A stretch of 64,000 nt of DNA from Sphyrna mokarran (GCA_024679065.1 JAGIQG010000020.1:7874001-7938000); one strand, 5' to 3'. Positions 23,961 through 37,560 are shown, counted from the first letter of the stretch. Made by a program: numbers and translations. Notes: generated from the sequence alone by a model not told the origin.

Positions 23961-24784
23961 ACATTGTTTAATTGAGTGCCAATGTAGAACAGCAGCCCTA
24001 TGGATGATTGGGAAGTGGGAGTTGGTGCAACAAGACATGGGCAGCTGAATTTCGGATAAGTTATGTTTACTAAGGGTTGAACGTGGGAGATCCATCAGGA
24101 GTGCTTTGGAATCGTGGGAGGTAAAAAAGGTGTGGATAATATTGCAGTAGCAGAGGGGCTGAAACACGGATGAAGTTGGACAATGTTACCGACGTTGTTC
24201 CATTTACAATGGTGTTTGCATCTGCTCTTGCGTGTAAACATTCCCAGGTTCATACAGCAACACATTGTTACTCGAGTTTCACCCTTCAATGCACGATAGC
24301 GGCAGAGTTCTAATTGGTGTTCTTTCCCCATAAAACCTCTGTGGCGGCTGCACCAAATATCAGTGAATCACACAAGACATAATCCTCGGCCTTGGAACTT
24401 GCCAGCCTGAAACATTTGGGTGTTGGACTGCTCCTTGCATTTGCTGTGATAGGATCTGAGCGCACAATCCTGGGAGTAGTCCATACATCCCAGAGTTTAC
24501 TGGGACTGCTTGGGACCTTGACAAAAACTACCGCATCCCTTTCCGTTTTTTTGCAAATGCTCACTTTTGAATGTGAAGGGGCACCAGCTCACCCCAAATA
24601 CTGGGAGGGTAGTATATGCTGAGGCGCCAAATGCGCATGAAGGGTCTGAAAGCGGCCTCCCTATTGGTCAAGCTGCATCTTGGTGCTTGATAGAAAGTTC
24701 TTATGATGAGGTATTCTGCCAAGAGAATTCAACAGTCTGCCCAGGGAATCATATGATAGGACCCACCATCTTCTTTATTCCCCA

Positions 24785-25050
24785 CAGAGCCTTGAGATCA
24801 TTACGTGCATGCCGGGTTCCATGCACATTCTCTCCATGTCTGCATGGGTTTTCTCCAGGTGCTCTGATTTCTTCCTATAGTCCAAAGATTTGCATGTTCG
24901 GTGGATTGGCCATGCTAAATTGCCCTTTAGTGTCAGGGGAGCTAGCTAGGGTAAATGCATGGGGTTATAGGGATAGGACCTGGATGGAATTGTGATCGGT
25001 GCAGACTGGGTGGGCCGAATGAGCTCCTTCTACCCTGTAGGGATTCTATA
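24785..25050 (+). mobile_element. HE1-like V-SINE (partial)
   Basis: V-domain and GGGATTCTAT tail. Confidence 0.75.
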
Positions 25051-26142
25051 ATAATTAACATAAAGCAACAGGAATAGTTTTGAAGTAACTTGTTTTGTTT
25101 CAAAGGGCGATGAAGTTGTCCTGGAGGATAAACTGGAAAGAGTGTGAGATTATCCATGATGCGTGTGGGGAGTGAACAAATGCTTGTAATCTCTGGGATT
25201 TTGTTGGATCTGCTGTTTCATTCGTAATTCAGTTCCCACTGGAACATACTTTGCCGGTTAATTCATGTTTAGTTTGCATGGGTTCAATTTGTGTTGAAGT
25301 GAAAGGATCAAACAGTGGATTCTCGTTGGTAATTTCTTCTTTTGGGACCATTCAGTAAATTTTGTCATTTTGGTTTAAGCAGCCTCCCCATAACACAATA
25401 TTCATTGTTTCCACGCCAGCTAACTTAGTCAGAGCGCCTTCAGATGCAGTTAAGCCTGACCCAGCGAGCGGGGATAAATCCACTGGAATCGCTTCAGGCA
25501 AAGATGTAATTAATGGTTCGTCAATGTGGGTGGGGAGAGCAAGGGCAACATTTATACAGCATAAAACCCCAGCAGGGTATATCAATTTCACCGCTAAATA
25601 TTGACGACAATATCAAGCTGGTTGTTAGAAATTGTTGGTAAAACAACCTGCGTTCGAAAATAAAGTATTAAACTTCATTAAAATTCCCGTAACTCGCGAT
25701 TCAAAACCGCGTGCAGTTTTCAAGCTAATCACGGTTAGAGGGCAGAGCAATATTGTTAATTTGATCACGGCCCAAAGACACTGTGAAGATGTGGCCCAGA
25801 AAAGAGCAGTGAGGCTGGTTAGGGACGAAAATGTGATTGGGACAAGGAGGGAGAGTAGATTTTTTTTTGGCCAGGGAGAAAAACGAGAAATAAAGCATGT
25901 TAAAAAATTGAAAGGAAACTCAGGAATTATAGGGAAGAAAAATAAACGTGTTTCTAGCGCTTTGGGCGACATTAGGACAATACAACACATCACAACTTCC
26001 TGCACAGCAGGGATCTACTAACAATAAGAGATCAATGACCAGATGATCTATTTTAACAGTGTTGGTTGACTGATACATTCCGAAAGACTGGAATGGGTCG
26101 AAATCCTCTATTTTTGTGTAAGCAATGGCATGATATCTCTTC

Positions 26143-26404
26143 GTAAGAATTTAGCAACACCAATTTATAATCCAACCGATTTATTTGATAGTAAAAAAGC
26201 GAGCTTTCAACACTCTGTGTCTTCCTCAGGCAAATGCAGTGTTCTGGTCTGCAATAGCACAGAACACTGCATTTGCCTGAGGAAGACACAGAGTGTTGAA
26301 AGCTCGCTTTTTTACTATCAAATAAATCGGTTGGATTATAAATTGGTGTTGCTAAATTCTTACTGAGTTCTTACCACCCCAATCCAACGCCGGCATCTGT
26401 ATAT
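26143..26404. mobile_element. Recent Penelope-derived perfect palindrome with 15-bp flanking direct repeat
   Basis: Arms 26143-26246 and 26260-26363 (104 bp each, perfect) with a 13-nt loop. CATGATATCTCTTCG occurs at 26129-26143 and 26405-26419. Confidence 0.9.
26275..26307 (+). ncRNA. Minimal hammerhead ribozyme motif (mirror copy on minus strand at 26199-26231)
   Basis: GC-CTGAGGA-A-GACAC(AGA)GTGTT-GAAA-GC-TC-GC: CUGANGA core, 5-bp stem II, GAAA, palindromic stem III and CUC triplet. Confidence 0.6.
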
Positions 26405-28429
26405 CATGATATCTCTTCGGCCACCTGAAAGACCACAAACGGCCTCGACAGAGCTGCTTTACTGAAGCGATAAATCTCAGACTGACCAGAATGTGGAAAG
26501 CAAATGTTTGAACGCCTCACTCAGAGGCCGGAATCTCAAGCCGCAGTTCACTGGAGCACCGTGCTGAGATTTTGTCTCCACAGTGGGATTTAAACTTCTA
26601 ACTTGGAGGCAAGAGTGCTTCCGTCAACAATGGCTAACAACAAACAGGCTCACGTAGAATGGAAATTCCAGATGTCGTCTCGTGAAGTAAATGGATGTAA
26701 TGTGTTAAATGCTAATAGTTTAGTTTAAATTATAGTTGGTGTAGATGTAAACTAAACTTCATTAATAAAGGAGTGAAATAATTTAACTTCTTAAAACAGA
26801 ATCGATGCTCGCTTGGTGATCCTGTATGGGGCTTGAAGATTGAAGACGGAAGTTTAAGTTAATAGCGTCGCAAGGAAGTTTACATTAACACTGCAATGAA
26901 GTTACTAAGAAAATCCTCTACATCATTAGTGTAATGGTGCCAGATCACCAAGGTTAACAAACCAGTAATTAGAACTGCTCTTCCTCTCCCACTGTTCTAA
27001 AGAGAGTTTAATACGTTCATTTCCAGGAGTGTGAAGGTGAATCTCATTGAAACAGCAAGTGGTGGCTTTTAGGATGGAAGTATTTGGTGTAGTTTAACAT
27101 GAGTCTGTTTGGAGTATGGGTGCTAGTCTAGTGTTGTTGCCCTGCTTAGAAATGCTGTTCTTCTTGAACCTGAAGGAATTTTGAACACCACTCAAACCTG
27201 GCTCGATACCAAAGAGCAATTACATTCGAATCCGAAATAACCCCATGTGAAGTGAGAACATTCCCTCCAGAGCACTTTACATTTATCTCCCTGGGTTTGC
27301 ACTGGGACCCTAACCTCGATTTTATTCTACAACTTTCGTGTTGGAGTGTAGCTGAATAAAGTAAAAACACACTATAGTCTCTCCGAGACATTAAATATAT
27401 TTGCAAATGCCATTTATTGTCAATCAATATTAGACGAACATGAGACAAACACGCACGTAAACATTGTTTTATGATAAATATTAAGAACACCAAGTTTCAA
27501 AAATGCATCGCTGAGTAATATCAAAATGTGGCTTCAGGGAATTTAATGGAAATACGCATAAGAGTCAGTATCATTCTAAACAATGTAAAGGAAATATATA
27601 TTGCTTAAATTTGCAGTGAATTATTTGACTATTCAACTAGCAAAACAAGAGGGGCTATTTTGAGGAGATGGTCGCACCACTGGAGTCTCGAAACCCAGCG
27701 TATGCTCCGGGGGCACGGGTTCGAATCTCAACAAGGCAAATGGAGAAATTTGAAGCTATTTTTAATGAGGCAAATATTGCTTTGCATTGTTCATCATTCG
27801 ATATTCAGGGGATATTTGCAGCATTGATTCTTAAATTGACACACTGTATAGTAGAGAGCAAGCAAGATCCGTGAACTATTAATGAACTAAACGTTTCACA
27901 TGAAGATGAAAAGTACTTAGAGCAAGAAGTCAAATCGCTTTCCATCCCTGGCAATTTTAACAGATGTAGTGTTTCGTCCACATCATACTCACATTATGGC
28001 ACCAGCCGTGGAGAAGCACTGATATCACCCAGATATTTTCAACCCATGTTTGTCTCGCAAATTTGGTCCTGATGCATAGATCTATAAACATAGACAGGGA
28101 TCATGGGTGGAAGTGGGAACATCTAGGTGGCGGCGCGGGCTCGTTGGGCCGAAGGACCTGTTTCCTGTGCTGTTTTGTTCTTTGTTCTTTGGTTTGTTCA
28201 TACACCGAAATCCCATGACCTCTCTGCATATATTTGTTGACTAGCGTCGCAGTTTCATCATCTGATTCACGTCTCAAGCTGTTAGGAACCGTGCAACGAA
28301 CATTTGTCTTCTTGAATTTCTTGGGTGACCGGTGGCAACGTATGATTGTGAAAGCTGAAACCAGAGAGAAGAGTGGCGAGGATCGAATATGAACTTTTGA
28401 ACTGAAAGGACTCGAACGGATAAAGCCTG

Positions 28430-28560
28430 TGCCATGGATGCCAACCACTGTTAAGAGGATTCTACCAACATTGAATGCTCGTTCTCCAGTCTCAAGATGC
28501 TTTAAAACCCCCAATTTCACTCTTATTTTTGTCAAAGTAGCGGAAGATTCAGTAGTAACA
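28430..28560 (-). mobile_element. Tigger/pogo-like transposase N-terminal relic
   Basis: VKLGVLKHLETGERAFNVGRIL resembles the CENP-B/psq HTH of Tigger transposases. Confidence 0.4.
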
Positions 28561-29217
28561 CTTTCTGGGTGTCTCCAGTGTTAGAAAGATTTAAAACGCC
28601 TGGAGTATTAAATTACAAACCAAAAACAAACACAAGGGACGCTAATGCCTCTTCCCTGGTTCAACCTCAGCAAATGGCTGTTACCGGCTTTATAGTGATC
28701 TCTTAACCTCATCTGCTGCTGAGTTCAACCAGATTTACAAATCATCCACAAATTTCAATCAGGTCCCCGAGAACTAAGCGCTGAACCCTATGGTTTTCAC
28801 CCAAACAAACTGAGACAAGCAAAGCAACTTTGCCCGTAGACTGTACACTAGCAAACGCTGTTTCTCTCTTTCAAACTCTGAACAAAACATGTAAAGTTTC
28901 AAATTCAAATTAGCTTTCCGACTCAAGGAATTGTCCTTTTCTTTACAGAAATGGGCCATCCAGATATCAGCTTTTTCTTTGCAATTAAAAAAAAATCTGT
29001 TTGGATATATTTCTTGGAGAAAGTTTTTTTTTAAGAGTCAGAATATTTCATGGGACCCGAACTTTGATCTCTGAACTGTTTCGCTTGAATCGCACGTGGG
29101 GTGGTTCCAGCAACGCTAGTTTGTTTCCAAGCGACAAACATTGAGCAAGAGAATAACCACCCTGGATCTCTGGCAGCTTTTGCCTTCATTTATATTAACA
29201 CTGAGGGGTCAAATATT

Positions 29218-29763
29218 GTAAGAAGTCTCACAACACCAAGTTAAAGCCCAACAAGTTTATTTGGTAGCAAAAGCGCTGCTCCTTCGCCAGGTAAGTGGGA
29301 GTTCTGATCAAAAAATAAAGACACAAACTCACTTTACAAAATAATGGTTGGAATGCGTGTTTTTACAGGTAAACAAGTCTTAAAAGTACAGGCAATGTGA
29401 GTGGAGAGAGGTTAAACACAGGTTAAAGAGATGTGCATTGTCTCCAGCCAGGACTGTTAGTGAGGTGTTGCAAGCCCAGGCAAGTCATGGGGGTTACAGA
29501 TAGTGTGACATGAACCCAAGATCCCGATTGAGGCCATCCTTGTGCGTGCGGAACTTGGCTAGTCTCTGCTCAGCGATTCTGCATTATCGCCTCAATTTTG
29601 TAAATTTGTAAATTGAGTTTGTGTCTCTATATGCACTGTCTGTGAACAGAACTCCCACTCACTGACGAAGGAGTAGCGCTCCGAAACCAGTGAGTTTTGC
29701 TGCCAAATAACCTGTTGTTGTGAGACTTCTTACTGTGTTTACCCCCGTCCAATGCCGGCATCT
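29218..29763. mobile_element. Penelope-derived inverted element (same family as 8838-10152)
   Basis: Same terminal sequences as 8838-10152, and a degenerate hammerhead CTGACGAAGGAGTAGCGCTCCGAAA at 29662-29686. Confidence 0.8.
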
Positions 29764-31119
29764 TTAAATCGGAACAAACATTAATAGTTGTAATCTCAGC
29801 ATTTGATGTATGCTTGCTCAGGATCTAAATGAACTGCAAGGTAATATGTTAGCGAGAAAGTTTATGGAAATGAATGCCTTATTATCATTCGTCAATTCTG
29901 AGGATTCGTCCAACTATCTCTCATGTTCAGTGTTGCTGGCGAGGAGAATGTGCAAGTATTTTGATATCCTAACACTTACTAATAATAACTGCAAATCCAC
30001 TCGTTAGATATGAAGAGTTTTGCCCTAGTATTCAATCTGAAATGTAACTTCATGATATGACTGAACTCTGAAAAGGAATGGAGCTATTAATCAGACAGCA
30101 ACGGTGTGGAATATGCACTGCCTAGTGTTTGAGAATGAGTTCAGGCTGCATAGAGACGATTGAACGCTCATGAGACGAACAGACGTCAAGTAACACCGGC
30201 AAACAGAAACGTTATACACGCTTCGAATGTACATCATTCTCCTCATTTCCGCTTGTCAGATCCATTCAGTTTCATTCCCATTGAGTCGAGCGTTTGTATC
30301 TGCCGGTGTCAGGCTCGACTTCTGCTAATCTGCGACACATGGGAAAGAGGTTACACTTACCAAACGGCTACTCCCAAATACAATTATACTCTAGCACCGG
30401 GTTCTAGATAGGGACACATTCACAGTGCATCTGCATAGGAGCTAAGTGCAGAAGGCACTAGTTCATGTCAAACGTGTTCACTGAATATTCGTCTATTTTC
30501 CCCCATTAGACACGCAGCACCGAATCATTGCAAGGATCTCCAATCGAAGAATGACAGGCAGGGTAGCAGTTACCAGACAGAAGAGACAAACATGCTCGGC
30601 AGATAAGGCAGACATGCGGCACCAGGTTACAAAACAGGGGTCGCCGCTGATTAGAGCTATAGATATTCATATTACTGAAATAATTTCAGTGAAAGTCGGT
30701 GATAGTAGAAAAAGAAACAAATAAATGTAATTTCCGATCAAGGGAAAAAGCTGAACTTCTGATCTTTAATCAAGAACCGTCAATACACACTTGCTCATGC
30801 CTCATGGCAAAAGTTAGAAATATGACGTTAAGATTGTTATTTGATGAGGGACCACAGATTAATATTTGAATGATTGTATTCGCTCCATCAAAGAGAAAGG
30901 GCCTAAATGTATGGTAATGGAGTACTTATCCCACATAGAGGGTCCCAGCTACACTCTGGCTCAGGTGAGAACAAGTATACCGATGTGTTGAACAGAACAA
31001 CATAGCTATAACCTCAGAAAAGCACCAATAACAGAGTGATTTTTATCAGCCTATATATCAGGATCCTGCTGCCTCTCTGGATGCATTCATCATTGTCAAT
31101 CTATATCGTAGCTATAAAA

Positions 31120-31620
31120 TAATAAGACCATTCTACATAGGAGTAGCAGTGGGCCATTCGGCCCTTGAGTCCGCCCGCCATTCAATTAGTTCACAATTGA
31201 TCTGATATAATACTTTACTCCACTTTCCAACCTTATCCCCATAACCCTTGATTCCTTTACTGACTAAAAATCTGTCTATCTCAACCTTCAACATACTTAA
31301 CTCTACAGCTATCTGCGGTAAAGAATTATACAGATTCGCTACCCTCTGAGATAAGAAACTCCTCCTCATCTCTGTCCGAAATGGGCGAGCCTTATCTGCG
31401 ATTATGTCCCCGGTCCTAGACCCTCCCACAAGGGGAAACAATCTCTCAGCATCTACCCTATCAAAGGAATCTACCCTGAGAATCCTACATGTCTCAATAA
31501 GGTCGTCTCTCATTCTTCTAAATTCAAATGAATACATCCCCAATCTAGTTAACCTCTCCTCATAAGAACATTCCTCCAAACCTAGCAATAACCTAGTGAA
31601 CCTTCTCCAGACTACCGCGA
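31120..31620 (-). mobile_element. CR1 3' fragment
   Basis: ORF 31133-31741 includes RRFTRLL..SYEERLTRLG..FRRMRDDLIET. Confidence 0.85.
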
Positions 31621-31859
31621 GTTGCAGTATATCTTCCTGGTGGATGGGATGCTGATAACATGTATCGGATATGCATTGGATGATATCTAGCTTTTTGAGT
31701 GGAGCTGTACTTACCAGATTAGAGAATGTATTCCAGCACATTCATGGTTAGTCATGGAGAGGTGTTGAGAAATCAGGAGTTGGGTTATTTCCTGCAAGAT
31801 TCTAGGTCTTTGGCCTGCTCTTGTAACAATAGTATTTATATGGATAACCTAGCTCAGTT

Positions 31860-32760
31860 CCTCAGAACCTCCTAGTATTATACTTTTCATTGAATACTTG
31901 CTTGTCAAATTACTTCTTCCAAAATGCATCACCTCACACTATTCAATGTTAAATTCCATCTGCCCATTTTATTATCCTGTCTATATTTTCCTGTCACTCA
32001 GCATACTCAACCTCACCATTAACCAACTGACAATCTTTGTATCATCCACAAACTTACTATAAAGTCATATACGTCATTTATAGAAATGACAAATAATATG
32101 GGACCCACTCACTAAAGTAACTCGAATACCTTGTTATTCTTTATGTCAATTTGCTCAAAAACCTTACAGTCTGTCTCTCTGAATTCAATACCTTATTCCT
32201 CATTCTCTTGGGTGAAGCCGGATGTGAAGTTTTCATTCAACACTTTGCCGATAACCTCTGGCTCCACCCATAGGTTATCCCCTTAGTCCCTAATAGGCCA
32301 CATTCTTTCCTTGGTTATCATCTTTCAATTGATATATGTCTTATATTTTGGAATTTTCCCTATTTTTACCAGCCAGAGCTTTCTCATATTCCTCTTTATC
32401 CTCCTAATTACTTTCTTAAGCTCCACACTGTACTTTCTGTACTTCACTGATTTGTCCTCCTTGTACCTGCTAAAAACCTCTTTTCCTTCTCATCGTATAC
32501 TGGATGTCTCTGGTCATCCATGGTTCTTTGGGATTCTTACTCCCTACAGGGATCAGTTGGGCTGTAAGCTCCTCATTTTCTATTTGATTACCCCCACTGT
32601 TTTTCTGCAGATTTCCCCAAAAGTAACTGTTTCCACTCTTCCTTGCCCAGATCCTGCCTTATTTTATTAAAATCCGCTCTCCCCAATCCAATACCTTTTC
32701 TTTGGACTACTCCTTTGGAAATCTCAGAGAGAATGCTCAGAACAATTTCCCTTACTGTCC
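31860..32760 (-). mobile_element. Old CR1 ORF2 fragments
   Basis: Reverse-strand relics (CCAAAATGCATCACCTCACA, TTTGTATCATCCACAAACTT). Confidence 0.55.
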
Positions 32761-33852
32761 TGGGGTTGAAAACGAAATTCCAGAAATGAAAGAAGTGTTA
32801 TTGCCAGGAACAATTCATCAGAGTGTTGAATAAAAAAAAACAAGCATCTGGCCATTCCTTGCTATCTGCGAAACCAGATTACACTAGGTCTACAATATTT
32901 TTCATAACGACCAAATCTGTTCAGATATTCTTTAAGGTTAATTTTCCCGGAGAATATCAGGACCAATGTGAGGATACAATAGAATGGGAACTGATAGATT
33001 GGATAACTTAGAGGGATTATAATTTGTGGTACAATCGAGGGGCTGAGATAACATTGGACATGGACAGGGAGCAATCATTCTAACCCTACTTCACCCTCGC
33101 TACCAAATAGCCCGCAACATATTGACTCTTTTACCCGCCTCCATAGTCTTTCCCAAAACTCATTCACCCTTCATTAACCCTCCAAAATCTGTTGTTGGTC
33201 ATCCAGTATCCGGCTCCTTCCCATTCTCTCATAACCTGTATTTCTACACCCTCTCGTTCCATGCTGAGTGTACACATCTCCCCGTGTTTTTTAGTCCATT
33301 ATAATGTATTTGCCTCACCAGATCAAATCTTTCTAATCACCTACTTCCGCCCCCTCCTCCAATTCCCCCACACTGCTCCCTACCTCACCATCTACCCCAA
33401 ATTGGCCGAATTTGACTTTATGTAAATGAATGGGTTTGAATGAGTTAAAATCAGCTATATATGAATAGGCTGTCGATTTCCATATTTGTCTTTTCAATGC
33501 TTTCCATCTTCTCAAGTTATTGCTCCCCCTAACGTCATAGATACCAAGCCAACCAACAAGTACGAACTGGTGAATTCGGAATTTTGGAACAGTATTATGG
33601 TGCACATTCTGTCTCAATTGAATATTAATAGAGCGATAATTATTCCGTGTCAAATTGCTTTGTGGTAGTAAAATGGCGCTAATAACTAAGAAATGATGCA
33701 CCCAGATGGAGTTGTCTTGAGGTGAAAAATTGAGCGGGAGAGAAGATGGGACAGATTTTGAAAAAGAGAGAAGAGCAAGCGCCTCTGGAAATGCATGGTA
33801 ATCCTCTATGACAAAATATTGGAGGGATCAGTGAACTGGCCATAGACTTCAG

Positions 33853-34182
33853 GGGAAGGGATGGCCTAGTGGTATTATCACTAACCTAGTAATCGAGAAA
33901 CTGAGCTACTGTTTTGGGGACCTAAGTTAGAATCCCACCACAGCAGAATATAAATTCAATAAATAAAAACTTATTAAGAATCTACAGATGACCATGAAAC
34001 CATTGTGGGAAAAACCCATCTGATTCACTAATGTCCTTTCGGGAAGGAAATCTGCCGTCCTTACTTGGTCTGGCCTACATGTGACTCCAGCGCCACAGCA
34101 ATGTGGTTGGTTCTCAACTGCTCTCGGGCAAGTGGCATGGGTAATAAATGCTGACCAGGCAGCGAACACCATGCCCCACAAA
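33853..34182 (+). mobile_element. tRNA-derived SINE with L2-type tail
   Basis: TGGCCTAGTGG A box, GTTAGAATCC B box and AATAAATGCTGACC tail; related relics at about 27660-27790 and 58660-58935. Confidence 0.65.
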
Positions 34183-34459
34183 AATCCTTACCCTCTCTGT
34201 GTAATCCTTCAAGCCAGGCAGATAGTAAATAGCCAGTTATAAAATAGACATGCAGTGATTATGTAATTAATAAAGCAGAGGATTTACCTTACTATAATGA
34301 AACACACAAATATGTCAATTTCATATGATTTTAAAATAAGAACTTATCAGTTACTTTGGCTGCAGTCTTTTACTGTCATGCAATGTATTTCCTTGCTGCA
34401 GGTAAATATGGACGCCTCAAAACACATTCGTTTAGACACAGAAATTGTGAATACAATCA

Positions 34460-34465
34460 TTTATT
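34460..34465 (-). terminator. Poly(A) signal of hes5-like gene
   Basis: AATAAA on the minus strand followed by a GT-rich element; gives a 3' UTR of about 780 nt. An alternative AATAAA lies at 35080-35085. Confidence 0.55.
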
Positions 34466-35240
34466 CGGAATTAACACTGTTACAATGAAATATCCATCTT
34501 AACGCGGGATTGTGAATGCAACTTGGTCACTGATTCAATATCAGTACAGGTAGGACATATTTACAAAGAGAACCACGAATACAGAGGCACATTCAGATCA
34601 GCATTGCTGCAATGCAGTTTACAGTTAAACATAGAACTGACATCAAGGCCTAATTCACATTGAGCATTGCTACAATGCAGGGACAGTTACACAGCAACCG
34701 GACAATGTACATTTACGACTATGTACACTTGACACCTCCTGTCCAGGAATTCCGATGAGCCGAAAATACATGGAAAATCGAATCGATTTCTCTCTAAATG
34801 CTGAAAACTCACTAGAATGCAAGGGACTGATGACACCCGTGTAATGCTGATATATGAACATACATACAACCCACACCCTTTAAAAAAGATGCAAACAGTC
34901 ATCAGTAAGAAGACTACTCACAACACACCACTGGCATTCCTTTATAAAAGAATAGCTCCGTCTACATGTAACAACAGACAGAACAAGCTAGCTGCCAGTT
35001 TAGGTATGATACTAGTCGCCTACAAATATTGCAGAATACGCCATGTCCCGGAGGCCATGTTTTTAAATGAAATAATTCATTTATTAAAATAATTCCCATC
35101 TGCTTCACGGAAGAGATATTAATGACATTGCTTCCACTATGGAATACTATTTCACACCAGAGCACAGCCCGAGTGTTTCAATGCCGTGAAACGTTCTCTC
35201 CTCTGCTTCGAGCAAAGGGCCAGAGGTGTTTCAGTCCTGT

Positions 35241-35957
35241 CTACCAGGGCCTCCAGAGTGCCGTGACACTGGCTTTCATGTCTTGTTTGGTACCCTGTTG
35301 ACAGCTGGGAAGGTGCAGAGCGGGGCCCGAGTAACACAGGCCCTTAGCTGGCTCCTGGGCTCCGTGCAAATGGTTCACCAGTTTGTTCTGAACGTCGCTC
35401 TTGCTTTCAGGAGAGAAGGTAAAATGCTGAATCTCCTGCAGGCAGCGCGAATATCCTTCTTTAAAATTCTGAGTGAGGCTCTTGCTGTAGGTCACTGGGG
35501 GTGGGAAAGACACAAGAGGGTTGAGATGATTGAAGAATTGACCATAATGGCAAAAGAGAATTGCTTATCGGCACTCAAACACACAAAACGGCCAATACCT
35601 GTGAGCATGCGTTGGCTGTGAAGCCTCAGGTAATTCACGGTCATCTCCAAGATATCTGCTTTCTCCATTTTCATATTGGGCTCCTGATTCTGAAACTCTT
35701 CCCTCAGTAAAGCCTTGAGTTGGCCAATGCTGCTGTTGATGCGATCCCGGCGCTTTTTTTCTATAATCGGCTTCATCAACTGCAACAAAAAATAAGTATG
35801 AGTAAGACATTTTAATATAAAAGGTAGAAATTCTCTAACTCGGAAACTCGAAACTTCGGTTTGGAAAGGCGGAGTGACTTACTTTGTATTTCTCTTTTCG
35901 GGTGGCTTTTTCCTCGCAGTGTTCCTTTGGGAGAACGCCAGAGGTTTTGGGAGCCAT
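35241..35957 (-). CDS. hes5: Hairy/enhancer-of-split HES5-like transcription factor, 169 aa; join(35883-35957, 35599-35779, 35241-35494)
   Basis: Canonical GT-AG introns (phase 0 and 1). MAP N-terminus, bHLH KPIIEKKRRDRINSSIGQLK...EKADILEMTVNYL, Orange FKEGYSRCLQE and C-terminal WRPW-stop. The 3-exon layout is typical of Hes5. Exact paralogue identity is not determined. Confidence 0.93.
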
Positions 35958-36052
35958 TCTGTCGGGACGTGTCGCCAGGAAAGCCGCAAGGAGCAGTGAA
36001 GAGTCGATTCGGTTGGAGCGGTTGTGCTGAGGGAAGCGGGAACTGCGCTCCC

Positions 36053-36224
36053 ATTTATACAGGCTCCTGTCCAGGGGAGAGCGTGTGCCCGTTTCACTTA
36101 GTGTTTCCCACACTCGGCAGCCAATCAGTACCGCTAGAAAGACAACAGAAGCTTTTCTTTCTAAATGCTGAATTAAGGGCCGTTTTGAACCTTTTGTCTC
36201 TGCCTGTCTCTGAGGACCATCTGG
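36053..36224 (-). promoter_or_regulatory. hes5 proximal promoter
   Basis: CCAGATGGTC (36215-36224), CCAAT (36121-36125), TGTGGGAA (36105-36112), a 15-bp spacer, cryptic CGTGTGCC (36082-36089) and TATAAAT (36053-36059). Confidence 0.85.
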
Positions 36225-37560
36225 ACGGCACGTATGACACAGCAAGTCAGAGGAAATTACTCTCATGTGAGGTTATAGGACCCTGGGAAAGACCCTCCCG
36301 TCATTGTCATGCAGGGAATTCTATGACAGAGAGTATGCCCGTCCCCACACCGCGGGTTCATTTTAAAATAATCTCTCCCCCTCTATTTTACTTTGAAGAA
36401 TAAGACCTGTGTAATCACAGATGTTATCGTGCGGGCGAGTGTCGATTTCATACCAACTCATCCTACTAATCGTTCTAACAATCAATCGATATGAGCTTGT
36501 TTCATTAAAAGCGATATTTCAAATGACACCTTTGCAAGCATTTTCTATTTCCAATATGAAAATATTTCGAACATTTACTCCCTCACTAACTCCACAATTG
36601 GCGGATATTTTGCAATGCTGTGTTACAATAGCTCAGCGATACAGGAACGTGTAGATTTGTGCTGATGCGCAGGTCATTCATATATTAATATCAATACCAG
36701 TCTAGCTGTATTTCTCCTGCTCAATGTATTATTTGCAAAGTTAACACGAATGGCCAACTTCAGTAGTCTGGAAGAACAAAATATAGATTTTACAGTCATT
36801 TTTCTGAGCGTAAAAAACGTACTTTTTTAAAGATTAAAATTTTTACCTGTTTGAATCTGGAAGATTCGCTTGGCGAATCATAGCATCTTGCAATGTATTT
36901 TTACTGCTCTGTTTCTCATTGAAGACGGAAATGATGCTTCCTTTTGCAATTTTTATGTTGACCGGGATGAGGGTAGTTATCATTTTCGATTCAGATACCA
37001 ACCATCAGCATCCATGCAACCATAGATCAGGTACTGCGGGTTTAATTGCCGAAGAAAATGCCTTTACTGTGACACATCCCGAATATCCGAATAGCTCCCC
37101 TGCTGCGCCAAGAAGATGTCTCCTTTTCCCCAATAAACATATCTCCTAGCTCCTTTAAGTAACGTAGCCAATATAAATGCAGAGTTATAGGCAGTCGAAC
37201 ATGCTCATTGTTAACTGCGTTGAGACTGGAGAAATATTTATATATATTACGTATACATAAATATAATAAAAGCATATAAATAAAGAAAGCGATTATGCCA
37301 TCAGCCGTGGAGTGTTTTGCAACAGAACTTCTCAAAATGTAAAATCAGAATCTAAGGTTTGATATTTACACCTTCAAAGCAGGCTGCAATAACACAGTTC
37401 TCTCACAGAGGGAAAATAAATATGCATTTTAATATTGAAATACCTGTCAGAGTTCATGCACTATACCCATTGAGGGCAAACAGTTAAGTGAAATTAATAT
37501 TTCACAGCTGTACTTAATGTATCTGCATGTGTATATCTGTATGAATACGTGTACAACAGA

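Noticed and set aside
24095-24331. Cys-rich ORF as a TNF-receptor-like exon (TNFRSF14 neighbours HES5 in tetrapods)
   Set aside because: Cysteine spacing does not fit TNFR repeats and no consistent splice sites were found.
26053-26366. Mirror-image ORFs on both strands, or CRISPR-like repeats
   Set aside because: The ORFs are a by-product of the palindrome. No repeat-spacer array exists and the DNA is vertebrate.
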